Source: an uncultured Gammaproteobacteria bacterium (GTDB lineage: Bacteria; Pseudomonadota; Gammaproteobacteria; UBA9214). Taken from it: a stretch of DNA of 26,221 bases. Numbering within the stretch: the stretch's first letter is position 1; each line of letters begins with the position of its first letter. The stretch lies in contig CAVYZN010000012.1 of assembly GCA_963773065.1 (NCBI GenBank), positions 1 to 26,221 on the forward strand. The letters run 5' to 3'. The notes under the pieces are model-generated. The model was not told the DNA's origin, ran no database searches, and was given only the letters and a program-made list of their open reading frames with translations. This document shows positions 1 through 9,006 of the stretch, one piece after another. The position numbers were made by a program, and so were the translations under genes.

Positions 1-1366
1 GTAATCGTGTGGGTGCTTTTGGGTCATTTTAGAGGATCGGCAACATGCACGTCAGATCTCTTTAGCCACAGATCTGTCGCAGCCGTATGCGCGGCGCTGG
101 ATGACGCGGATCTTGTTGTTCAGGCCCTCAACGAAGCCGAGCGAGACTTTGTTCTCGGGCATGCAGTAGGCGGCGATTCCATCCCAATGACGCTCGATCA
201 TCTCAGCGAACTTCTCATAAGGCTTCAGGCGTTGCCACTTGAGGCTGGCACGCCAGTTGTCGAAGAAGCGCCGTGCCCAGCCCTCACGTTCGTAGTCCCA
301 GAGCTGGCCAAAGGATTCCTTGAGCAGATAGGCGGTGTTGAGGCGCCGGTTGGCCGCCAGCAGGGCCTTCAGCGCCGTGCGGCCCTCCAGGCTCAGGTTC
401 TCCTTGCGCGACAGCAGCGTGTACTTCTGCCCCTTGATGTAGCGTCGCTCTTTGCCGCTGAGGCGCGCGTACTCGCTCCTTGCGTACCTGATCCAGGGCC
501 TTGCCCAGGTGGCGCATCACATGGAACTTGTCGAACAGGATCGCCGCCTGCGGAGCGCGTTTCTGAGCCACATTGCGAAACGGCTTCCACATGTCCATCA
601 CCGCCAGGCGGATGCGTTTGGCCTTCTTTTCCCCGAGCCAGTCATAAAACTGCGCCATACTCGCCTCGGAACGGTCCGCGCCACCGAACCAGATCGGCTG
701 GCAACGGATGAGATCGCTGACCACGATGCGGTAGGTGTGTCCCTTGCGAATGGAGAATCTCATCGATGCCGATCGCCTTGGGGCCCGGCGTACCCGCGCG
801 GGCCAGTTGCGTCCGCATGTATTGCTTGTCCAGTGCCTTGACCGTGTGCCAGTCCAGGTGCAGTTCCTTGGCCACCGCCTTGATCGTGGCGCTGGCGCAG
901 CGCCGGCCTACGTAATGGGCAAACCGCTTCGTGTACAGCGGATTGTCGGCCAGGAAGTCCAACCGCTCGCGCTTCACCTTGCCGCAGCGCCGGCACGCCA
1001 CACGCCTGAGCTCCAGGTAGAGGTACACACGGGTGTCGCCGCAGGACAGGTCGCGCACCCGTGGACCTTGCGGTCGTACCAACCCGAATGCGCACGCCCA
1101 CAGGCGCTGCAAACCGGTTTTTTGACCGCCGTGTGAGCGTGATGACACGGGCCTGCGGGTCACCGAACACACCGCGCACCGTGGCTTGGGGACGGAAACC
1201 GGGAAAGATGTATGCATCCGCCAATCGGCGGGGTCGTTTGCGTGAAGTAGCCATCGGGTTATCATGCCAAAATCCTGTGCCTCAGCAAATGCAGTTTATG
1301 CCAGTAATTACAGGGCCTGGTCACGCTGCAAGGCCGGTTTTTACCCACACGATTACGCGATGACCC
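1..1366 (-). mobile_element. ISL3-family insertion sequence; the terminus at the window's left edge is cut off by ~10 bp
   Basis: Terminal inverted repeat: ACCCACACGATTAC at 1343-1356 (+) is the reverse complement of GTAATCGTGTGGGT at 1-14. The full end reads GGGTCATCGCGTAATCGTGTGGGT from 1366 on the minus strand. It is flanked by AT-rich GATATAAA (1367-1374), a candidate 8-bp target duplication. It encloses an ISL3 transposase. Confidence 0.9.
29..1254 (-). pseudogene. ISL3-family transposase, split across several frames
   Basis: Consecutive segments in different frames: MATSRKRPRRLADAY..., VCSACG..WYDRK, RVRDLSCG..RRVACRRCG, AIGIDEI, SIRKGHTY..AVMDMWKPF..FDKFHV, ..GFVEGLNNKIRVIQRRAYG. Shifts at ~1120 (A6C slippery site), ~1062, ~757, ~475 and 40-85. 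Confidence 0.88.
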
Positions 1367-3540
1367 GATATAAAAATCACTACATCAAATCCAGGCGACA
1401 GGGGAAGTGGCTCTACATCATCATCATCCCGCATGATGCTATCCTCCAGGCGACTGCCCCAGAAGGAATCCGGGGCCGATGACCAGACGGCGCGATTCAT
1501 AAACTCGAGGGTTTCGTCATCCTTGGCCAAAAAGCTGAGTTCGCGAAGATTCAGGGCATCGGGTCCCTCTTGCAGGCAACGATCCCGCAATGACTGGAGA
1601 CGGGCACGCCGATTATCATTGTGCCGCAATCGCGCCAAGGCACGATGCACGCGGTTGAGAACGGGATCTATGATAGCTTCCTCGAATGCGGAAAGGCTTG
1701 ACCTGACTGGCGGCAGAACACGCTCGTCGACGATGTCATGAAGCAGTGGAAGGTCTTTCCGTTCCTCGGGAATAACCAGTAAACCCAGACGCCGTAGTCG
1801 CCACCCCAGGCTGACTCGGCTCAGGTATACCGAGGTTGGTGCGGCAATGATCAGTGGCAGAGCCACGGGCAGGGACCAGATGAAAAACATCGGTTTGAGC
1901 CAGAAAGCGAAAGCAGCCCAGGTGATGGCAATCAGGGTGCCGGGCGCCTGATTGAGGATCGCGGTGGACCAGCGCGTTTCATCGGTGCGGTTCTGACCCG
2001 CCCAGGCCAGGGATACGTTGAACAGGGACTCAATCACGTAGCGGCTATGAGTCAACATGCGGATCGGCGCCAGCAGTGTCGATACCAAGATCTCCAGCAG
2101 CACGCCGATTGTCAGTCGGCTGATGCCACCATAGTCCTCACGCGGATGGCTGAGCGAGACATCGAGGATGGCAAGGAACTTGGGCACGAACAGCAGCAGG
2201 GCGGTGCTGCCGAGCAGTCCTATGGCCCACTCGGGATGCCACTCCGGCCACAAGGGGAACAGGCTGTGATTGGAGGGGAAGTAATTGATCGGCCACAGCA
2301 CCAGGCGCGTGGTTTCGATACTGGTCAGCACCAGGAAGACCAGCCACAGGGGGGAGGTCAGATACGACATGATGCCGTTGAGAAACGCCAGTCGATGGGC
2401 GAAGCGGATTTTCCGGCCGAGCAGCATTAACCAGAGATGCTGCAGGTTCCCCTTGGCCCAGCGGCGGTCGCGGGTAAGTTCATCCACCAGCGTCGGCGGA
2501 GATTCTTCATAACTCTCCGGTAGATCAGGCTCCATCCAGATCTCGTAGCCGGCCCGACCCATGTAGGCCGCTTCCACGAAGTCATGGCTCATGATCGGTC
2601 CCTTGAAGAGTCCGATGCCCGGCAGTTTCCGCAAACCACAGTGCCGGATAAACGGATCGACCCGCAACACGGCGTTATGTCCCCAGTAGACCGCTTCCCC
2701 CAGTTGCACCGAAGCCAGTCCGGCACTGAACAAGGGGCCGTAGTAGCGGTTGGCGAACTGCTGAAAGCGCGCAAAGGCCGACCTGGCATTGATCAGGGAG
2801 GGGGTGGACTGCAGGATGCCGATCTGCGGTTCCAGTTGCATGTGCCGCACCATCCGCACCAAGGCTTCTCCGCTCATCACGCTGTCGGCGTCCAGCACGA
2901 TCATGTACTGGTAATGCCGGCCCCATCGCCGCAAAAAATCGGCAATGTTGCCGCTCTTGTAGTGCAGGTTGATCGTGCGGCGACGATAGAAGAGGTGATT
3001 GGCCGCGCCCAGTTCCTCGCAAAGCCGGAACCAGGCCGCCTGTTCCGCGAGCCAGACGTTGGGGTCGCGGCTGTCCGACAGGATATGGAATTCGAAATGT
3101 TCCAGATGTCCGGTGGCTTTCAGGGAACGGTAAACCGCCCGCACTCCACGAAAGGTACGGCCGATCGGTTCATGGTAGATGGGTATGAGGACGGCGGTGC
3201 GGACAAGCGGCGTCTGCGCGAGCTGTGCCGCACTGTGGCGGCGTGCAAGCGAGTGGACATCGCCCCCACAGCGGCGCAAGACAAAGCCAAAGACCGCAGT
3301 CCAGAAACCGACCGAAATCCAGGTGAAAAGGACCGCGAACACACCCGCCAGGCCCTGCTCCACGCCGCTACCGCCATGGTAGGGGAGCACCGAGATCATG
3401 AAATAGGTACCCACCAGTGTTTGCGTCAACACCAGCAAGGTCAACAACCCACGGCGCAGCATCGCCATGGGACGCCAGCGTGCACCCCGGGTAGCGGGCT
3501 GCGGAGTTGCGACCCCAATCGGTCCGGCGCGGAGATCCAT
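1321..3540 (-). CDS. opgH: Glucans biosynthesis glucosyltransferase H (GT2); the last ~15 codons come from the IS end
   Basis: Motifs PIYHE, ILSDS, KSGNIADF, VLDADSVM, YWGHNA, SHDFVEAA, RDRRWAKGNLQH; multiple TM helices; lies downstream of opgG. Confidence 0.95.
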   Translation of the reverse strand: MDLRAGPIGVATPQPATRGARWRPMAMLRRGLLTLLVLTQTLVGTYFMISVLPYHGGSGVEQGLAGVFAVLFTWISVGFWTAVFGFVLRRCGGDVHSLARRHSAAQLAQTPLVRTAVLIPIYHEPIGRTFRGVRAVYRSLKATGHLEHFEFHILSDSRDPNVWLAEQAAWFRLCEELGAANHLFYRRRTINLHYKSGNIADFLRRWGRHYQYMIVLDADSVMSGEALVRMVRHMQLEPQIGILQSTPSLINARSAFARFQQFANRYYGPLFSAGLASVQLGEAVYWGHNAVLRVDPFIRHCGLRKLPGIGLFKGPIMSHDFVEAAYMGRAGYEIWMEPDLPESYEESPPTLVDELTRDRRWAKGNLQHLWLMLLGRKIRFAHRLAFLNGIMSYLTSPLWLVFLVLTSIETTRLVLWPINYFPSNHSLFPLWPEWHPEWAIGLLGSTALLLFVPKFLAILDVSLSHPREDYGGISRLTIGVLLEILVSTLLAPIRMLTHSRYVIESLFNVSLAWAGQNRTDETRWSTAILNQAPGTLIAITWAAFAFWLKPMFFIWSLPVALPLIIAAPTSVYLSRVSLGWRLRRLGLLVIPEERKDLPLLHDIVDERVLPPVRSSLSAFEEAIIDPVLNRVHRALARLRHNDNRRARLQSLRDRCLQEGPDALNLRELSFLAKDDETLEFMNRAVWSSAPDSFWGSRLEDSIMRDDDDVEPLPLSPGFDVVIFISGHRVIVWVKTGLAA

Positions 3541-3794
3541 TACAGGTAGGGTGCGTAGCCGATACTGGCACGCTTGATCGGCGGAGTCGCCGGGGGCAAC
3601 CGCAGATCGGGTCCGGCAATGCGGTTGGGCAATTCCGCCATCACCCGCTCAATCAGATCGGCATCCCCTTCCGCCACGACCTGTTCCACAATCAGAAGCG
3701 CCACATGGGTCATGTCCCGGGTGAGCGGCACGCCGGACCAGCGCAGGTAGGCCAGCACCCGGCCGAGGGCATACTCCGCGGTGGTACGCGCCAT
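3540..3794 (-). CDS. 84-aa protein between opgG and opgH, possibly a detached OpgH N-terminal domain
   Basis: ATG lies 2 nt after the opgG stop and its stop overlaps the opgH ATG (TAATG). The C-terminal PPATPPIKRASIGY resembles the end of the cytoplasmic N-domain of long OpgH proteins. Confidence 0.7.
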   Translation of the reverse strand: MARTTAEYALGRVLAYLRWSGVPLTRDMTHVALLIVEQVVAEGDADLIERVMAELPNRIAGPDLRLPPATPPIKRASIGYAPYL

Positions 3795-3796
3795 GC

Positions 3797-5336
3797 CTAG
3801 CCACCCGTGTCTAAGATGGCGTTATCCGCCGGCAGCTTGTATGTCCAGGTCTCGGTTACGGCCTGATCGTCCTTGCTGAGGAAAGCCCGCAGGGAAAGCG
3901 GCTGGTTACCCGCCGGCTTGGCGAGGATCGAAGTCGCCATATATGATCCGCTGCCGCGTATTCCACGAAATGTTCGATCACCTCACCACCCTCGCTGGCG
4001 GTTACGGAACTGACGACTGGCGCGTTGCCAGGTAATTTCGTGAGGGACCGCCGGCAAAATCCACAAGAACCCGGTAGGCTCCTGCGACGCTACCGCCGCC
4101 GGTCTTGTTGCCGTCTCCCACGAAGGTATTGACCGTCTGCCCGGCAGGTTCGTTCGCGATCGTACGGTCGCCGAAACTGACGGTATACTTGTAGGTCACG
4201 GCCTGGTCTTTGTTCACCGCTTCCTGAGGGCTCCAAAAGGCCACGATGTTATCGTTGGTTTCTGAGTTGGACGGTAGCTCCACCAATACCACATGCCCCT
4301 TGCCCCAATCACCCTGGGTTTCGACCCAGGCGCTGGGACGTGTCTCGTAGTGCGCACCGAGGTCCTGGTACTGCCAGAACTGGTCGTGGCGCTGCAACAA
4401 CCCGAAGCCCCGCACGTTTTCCGTCTGAAAGTAGTTCATCTCCAGGTTCCGGGGATTGAGCAGCGGGCGCCACAGCCATTCGCCACTGACGCCGTTGTGG
4501 ATCAGCAGGCCATCGGAGTCGTGCACTTGCGAGCGCCACTCACCCATGGGGCGGGGTGTGTTTTCGCCGTAGTAAAACATGCTGGTCAGCGGGGCCACGC
4601 CCAGGAGTTGAATGGCATCGCGGGTAAAAAGGCTGGCCTCCACCTTGAGTTTGGTAGGCTTGCCCGGATACACCGTAAACCGGTAGGCTCCGGTGACACT
4701 CTTGCCGTCGAGCAGACCATAGAAAATCGTGGCATTGGCATCATTATCGGGGCGCACCAGCCAGTATTCGACAAAGGACGGGAACTGTTCACCGGAAGCG
4801 AGTCCGGTGTCCACGGCTATGCCGCGGGCGGAAATGCCGAAGGTGTTGTCCTTGGCGACACCGCGGAAATAGCTGACCCCGGCGAACACCAGGAACTGGT
4901 TCTGGGTATCGGCATCCTGCAGGGGATAGGTCAGCTTGAAACCGGCGTAACCGAGGTCGGGGGGCACACGCTTCTGCAATTCTTCATCGGAGAAGGTGAA
5001 ATAGTCCTTTCGGTAGGGCACGTCATGCACACCTTCTGCATCAATCATGTGCAACTTCACCGGATGGTGGTAGAAGAGCCCCGTGGATATCAACATTACC
5101 TGGAAGCGGGAATGGCTGGAGCGCCACAGGCTCTGGTCGGGTTTGAAGCGGATGCCCTGGAATTGATCGTAGCTTAGATCCTCCATGAACCCGGGGATCG
5201 TTTCCGGTGCCTGATAAGTCTGTTGCGCCAGAGCCTTGGCTTTCGCGAGGACGTCCTGAAAACCAAATCCCCGCGCCTGGGCTGGTATGGTGACGAATAA
5301 TGCGACAAGTGTTGCGACGAAGGTCATGCGACGCAT
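3797..5336 (-). CDS. opgG: Periplasmic glucan biosynthesis protein G, with two apparent 1-nt deletions near the 3' end
   Basis: Sec signal peptide; LSYDQFQGIRF, SYFRG, GISARGIAVDT, VHDSDGL, ETNDNIVAFW. The tail (LTKLPGNAPV..WRL / SILAKP..LRAFL..TETWTY..GG*) continues after shifts in short homopolymers at ~4045 and ~3932. Confidence 0.92.
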
Positions 5337-5639
5337 TTCAAGCGACTCCCTTGTTATTTACAATAACCTTTTTTGTTTATTCTCATGCTGCATTGATCCA
5401 GAACGACTACCACTATCGCCTAGCTTGTCACGGATCGTTTGGTTCCAGCCATTAGTTGTACTTCTCAAGACTTTCATAGGAGATACTGCCGCTGACATCC
5501 GCATACCAATGACTCTTGAAAACTCCAGGTCGAAATTCGCTTAGATATTAAGCCGCGGCTTCCAGTAAGAAAACAGGGTCCATGTAGGCCGGGCATGGCT
5601 TAAAAAAACTTCGCATTATCTGCTGAGCTTCATAATTTG

Positions 5640-5688
<49 letters not shown>

Positions 5689-5744
5689 TGATTTTCAAAC
5701 AGCGCATATCTTACTCTTTTATATATAATTTACACCCCTCTTCT

Positions 5745-5817
5745 GCGTCTAAAATTATCGCGAAATTAGGCCAGTAACCCATTGTTTTCGCTGAAAACGG
5801 GTAATGGTTTTAGACGC
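5745..5817. repeat. Perfect 10-bp inverted repeat GCGTCTAAAA / TTTTAGACGC, candidate integrase arm sites
   Basis: Arms at 5745-5754 and 5808-5817, adjacent to the tRNA-Pro fragment. Confidence 0.5.
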
Positions 5818-5867
5818 TCGCGTGAGCACCTTCAGGTTCGCTTGTATATCAATTCATCATGTGGCGC

Positions 5868-5924
5868 ACACACTACTCGGCGGCCGAATTGCAGAACTTG
5901 ATCGATGCTGCCAAGTTGGTCTAA
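5868..5924 (+). pseudogene. C-terminal remnant of a tyrosine recombinase/phage integrase
   Basis: Translates THYSAAELQNLIDAAKLV*, matching the catalytic-Tyr 'TxHY' tail of phage integrases. It sits 90 bp from the tRNA-Arg fragment. Confidence 0.6.
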
Positions 5925-6014
5925 TGAGAAATCCCCCGCAAAAGTCCCGCACAGTTTTACTGAAACAGAAAGCGACTGCGGGACATATCGCAACGCTTAA
6001 TTTACTTGTTAAAA

Positions 6015-6060
6015 TGGCGCGCCCGGAGAGATTCGAACTCCCGACCGCCTGGTTCGTAGC
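6015..6060 (-). other. 3' fragment of tRNA-Arg(ACG), att core
   Basis: Minus strand reads GCTACGAACCAGGCGGTCGGGAGTTCGAATCTCTCCGGGCGCGCCA. The 5' half is replaced by AT-rich sequence. Confidence 0.88.
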
Positions 6061-6223
6061 TTTAAATATGTTTTTTATCTAATTGTTATTATTAACTTAT
6101 AGGCGGTCGCGCCCGTTGCATATTGCAGTACTGAGCATCACCGTGCAGGACTGAGTTCGGCAAAAGTTCGGCACAAAAGTCACCGAGAGTTGATTTGTCG
6201 TAACTACCCAGTACCTGCCCTGC

Positions 6224-6255
6224 GGACTTTGGTTAGGTTCAACCCTCCTCCACCA
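6224..6255 (+). other. Degenerate tmRNA (ssrA)-like 3' end, att remnant
   Basis: GGAC...GGTTCAACCCTCCTCCACCA resembles the tmRNA 3' end (GGTTCAA..CC..CTCCACCA). It is followed directly by a terminator and an island-end-like sequence. Confidence 0.5.
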
Positions 6256-6261
6256 ATTACT

Positions 6262-6295
6262 AAAGGCCAACCGCTCTCGGCTGGCCTTTTTCTTT
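6262..6295 (+). terminator. Rho-independent terminator
   Basis: AAAGGCCAACCG-CTCT-CGGCTGGCCTTT hairpin followed by a T-tract. Confidence 0.75.
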
Positions 6296-6325
6296 GCGGA
6301 GTACCGCGTGTTTGCGGGGGTTCCT

Positions 6326-6535
6326 GCGGAAGCCTGCGGACTTCGCACACCGGTCCAGTAGCCCGTTCAAAGCCCCATTCCGCTCTCTCCGGGCCCTTTT
6401 TCTCTCGGACCCCATAGCGTCAAGATTTTGAAGTCCGGAAGCACCACAAATGCGGTCATTACAAATCAAGAGGTTACTCGCGGACTTTTCAAGCGGTTGG
6501 ATAGGATCATTGCCTACCCGGAGGAAATCACCTAC
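6326..6535 (+). repeat. ~210-bp diverged direct repeat, copy 1
   Basis: Shares colinear blocks with 10443-10654: GCGGAAGCCTGCGGA, CCCGTTCAA, CTCTCTCCGGGCCCTT, GAAGTCCGGAAGCA, TTACAAATCAA, GGTTACTCGCGGACTTTTCAAGCGGTTGGAT, TCATTGCCTACCCGGAGGAAA, CCTAC. Confidence 0.92.
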
Positions 6536-6753
6536 GCGCGGCTAGCCCTCGGCGCAGATCATCGGGGCCGCAGGTCGTGCTTGCTCAATATGGCTGATTA
6601 TGCCCTGTGCAGACGGTCGAGCAGCGAGATGATGGCGCCCATCATTCAGACATCCACTCGGCCCAACGCCGTGAGTTGACCCGCATGATCTATCGTGCGA
6701 CATCATATAAGACGAGGTAGCGAGACGTGCCAGCGGGGACATCGCCCGCCGTT

Positions 6754-6770
6754 GTTAAGTATTCCTTAAG
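6754..6770 (+). promoter_or_regulatory. PmrA/QseB-type binding box
   Basis: GTTAAG-N5-CTTAAG direct repeat ~50 bp upstream of the operon that encodes a PmrA/QseB-like regulator. Confidence 0.65.
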
Positions 6771-6818
6771 CTTCACCCCGTAGTGTGTCCGCATGACCAG
6801 TCAATGCGGAGCATTCTA

Positions 6819-7235
6819 ATGAACACACTACTTTATCGGCTTGCCACCGCAGCGTTGGCGGCTTCCCTCAGCACCGGCGTCGCCGCTGAGACACCCACGG
6901 ACATCCAGCAGTCGCTTGAAACGGCCGCCGGCCAGGAGAGCGTCCATTTCGATGGCTTTTCGGCCCAACGGGGCGAGGAGTTTTTCAAGTCCGCCCACGG
7001 CCGCGACTGGAGTTGCGCCTCCTGTCACACCACGAATCCCCTGGCCGCCGGTCGTCACGCCAAAACAAACAAAGAAATCGCGCCGCTGGCACCGCAGGCC
7101 AATCCCGAACGATTCACCCGTCCGGAGAAGGTCGAGAAATGGTTCCGGCGCAACTGCAACGATGTCCTCGGCCGATCCTGCACGGCGGCGGAAAAGGGCG
7201 ATGTCCTCGTCTATCTCATGGCACTCAAGAAATAG
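6819..7235 (+). CDS. shp: Sphaeroides heme protein-like monoheme cytochrome c (DUF1924)
   Basis: Signal peptide, CASCH, and C-terminal KVEKWFRRNCNDVLGRSC disulfide motif. GGAG precedes ATG 6819. Confidence 0.88.
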   Translation: MNTLLYRLATAALAASLSTGVAAETPTDIQQSLETAAGQESVHFDGFSAQRGEEFFKSAHGRDWSCASCHTTNPLAAGRHAKTNKEIAPLAPQANPERFTRPEKVEKWFRRNCNDVLGRSCTAAEKGDVLVYLMALKK

Positions 7236-7244
7236 GAGCGCACC

Positions 7245-7715
7245 ATGCATCACGAAGCCAAATTGTTCATAGTCGCATCACTGGCGCTAGGCGCGGCCAC
7301 TGCGGTAGTCGCGGATGACGATGACGGTCGCCGTTATGCCACCAGTCACCCGGCATGGAAAGCCGAATGCGGCGGATGTCACGTCGCCTATCCGCCGCAG
7401 ATGCTGCCGACGCGTTCCTGGCGCGCCCTGATGTCTAATCTCAACAACCACTTTGGCACCGATGCCAGCCTCGATCCGCAGGTGGCGGCGGAGATCAGTG
7501 CATTTCTCGAACGCAACGCGGGACGCGAACGCACCCCGGCCGCACAGCCCGTGCTGCGCATCACCGAGACCCCGTGGTTCATACGCGAGCACGATGAGGT
7601 GCCCGCGCGGGTGTGGACGAGCGCGAACGTGGGGAGCCGCTCCAACTGCGGCGCCTGCCACGCGAACGCGGATCAGGGCAGTTACGGCGAAGGCAGCCTT
7701 CGCCTGCCGAAATAA
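7245..7715 (+). CDS. dhc: Diheme cytochrome c (DHC family)
   Basis: Signal peptide, ECGGCH..AYPP..LP..SW, HFGTDASLD, LRITETPWF..EHDE, NCGACH. AGGAG RBS. Confidence 0.9.
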   Translation: MHHEAKLFIVASLALGAATAVVADDDDGRRYATSHPAWKAECGGCHVAYPPQMLPTRSWRALMSNLNNHFGTDASLDPQVAAEISAFLERNAGRERTPAAQPVLRITETPWFIREHDEVPARVWTSANVGSRSNCGACHANADQGSYGEGSLRLPK

Positions 7716-7726
7716 CGGAGGTTGTT

Positions 7727-8336
7727 ATGGCAACACGCATACTTGTCTGGGATATCCCGACACGCCTTTTTCACTGGCTGCTCGCGGCGTCATTCGCTGG
7801 TGCCTTTCTGACCGCGGAATCGGAGCGGTACCGCGACGTGCACGTGGCGCTGGGTTACCTGCTGCTCGCGCTGATCGGATTCAGGGTCGTCTGGGGGCTG
7901 GTCGGCACGCGCTATGCGCGGTTCCGGTCGTTTGCCTTCCGGCCGTCGCAGGTGCTTTCCTATCTCAGATCGCTGCTGCGCTGTTCGCCGCAGCATTACG
8001 TCGGGCACAACCCCGCCGGCAGCTGGGTGATCTACGGGCTCCTGCTGCTGGGCGTACTGAGCGGCGTTACGGGTTATGCCACCTATAACGAACTGGGCGG
8101 CGAGGCGTTCGAGGAACTGCACGAAGCGTTCGCAAGCGCCATGCTCGCGCTGGTCACCCTGCATGTGGGTGGGCGTGATCGTAAGCAGCCTGCTGCACCG
8201 CGAGAATCTGGTGGGCAGCATGCTCAGTGGTTATAAAACGGGCCAGGCAGCGGAAGGTATACGCAACGCACGCTGGCTGACGGGCACCCTGCTCGTGGCA
8301 GGTGCCATGGCACTGGGGATCGGCGTATTGTGGTGA
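7727..8336 (+). CDS. Membrane cytochrome b (b561/CybH-like), +1 indel at ~8170
   Basis: VWDIPTRLFHW, HVALGY, FRVVWG..G..YARF, GHNPAG, ELHE, LHV; continues GVIVSSLLHRENLVGSMLSG in the next frame. Confidence 0.88.
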
Positions 8337-8337
8337 T

Positions 8338-9006
8338 ATGCGCATCTTGCTGGTTGAGGACGACACACTGCTGGGCGATGGCATCCGTGCCGGTCTGACG
8401 CAGGCCGATTTCGCCGTGGACTGGGTACAGGACGGTATCCTCGGCGATACTGCGCTGCAGACCGAGACCTATGCGGCCGTCGTCCTCGACCTGGGGCTGC
8501 CCCGGCTTTCCGGAGTGGACCTCTTGCGTGGAATCCGCGCGCGCGGCGATGCGACACCCGTGCTGATCCTTACAGCACGCGATGCGGTCGGCGATCGTGT
8601 GAAAGGCCTCGACAGCGGTGCCGACGACTATCTGATCAAGCCGTTCGACCTGGACGAACTGGCAGCGCGCTTGCGCGCCCTGATACGTCGCAGCCAGGGC
8701 AGCGCAGTGCCGGTACTCCGCCTGCATGGAGTCCTGCTCGACCCCGCCCAACACCGCGTCGAATACCAAGGCCAGCCGGTGGAACTCACGGCGCGCGAGT
8801 TCGCCCTATTGCAGGAACTCATGCTTAACGCCGGTCGTGTGCTCTCACGCGAACAACTGGAGCAGCGTGTCTATCCCTGGGGGGAGGAACTGGAGAGCAA
8901 CGCCATTGAGGTTCATGTCCACCATCTGCGGCGCAAGCTGGCACCGGAGCTGGTGCGTACGGTACGCGGCGTCGGCTACCTGATGCGAAAAGAGGACCAT
9001 GACTGA
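8338..9006 (+). CDS. OmpR-family response regulator (QseB/PmrA-like)
   Basis: MRILLVEDD, VLDLGLP, GADDYLIKPFDLDEL, winged helix SNAIEVHVHHLRRKL..RTVRGVGY. Confidence 0.95.
   Translation: MRILLVEDDTLLGDGIRAGLTQADFAVDWVQDGILGDTALQTETYAAVVLDLGLPRLSGVDLLRGIRARGDATPVLILTARDAVGDRVKGLDSGADDYLIKPFDLDELAARLRALIRRSQGSAVPVLRLHGVLLDPAQHRVEYQGQPVELTAREFALLQELMLNAGRVLSREQLEQRVYPWGEELESNAIEVHVHHLRRKLAPELVRTVRGVGYLMRKEDHD

Noticed and set aside
7-711. 234-aa plus-strand ORF and other long antisense ORFs (e.g. 2584-3549, 4293-5177, 18583-19281)
   Set aside because: They are shadows of well-supported opposite-strand genes in GC-rich DNA.
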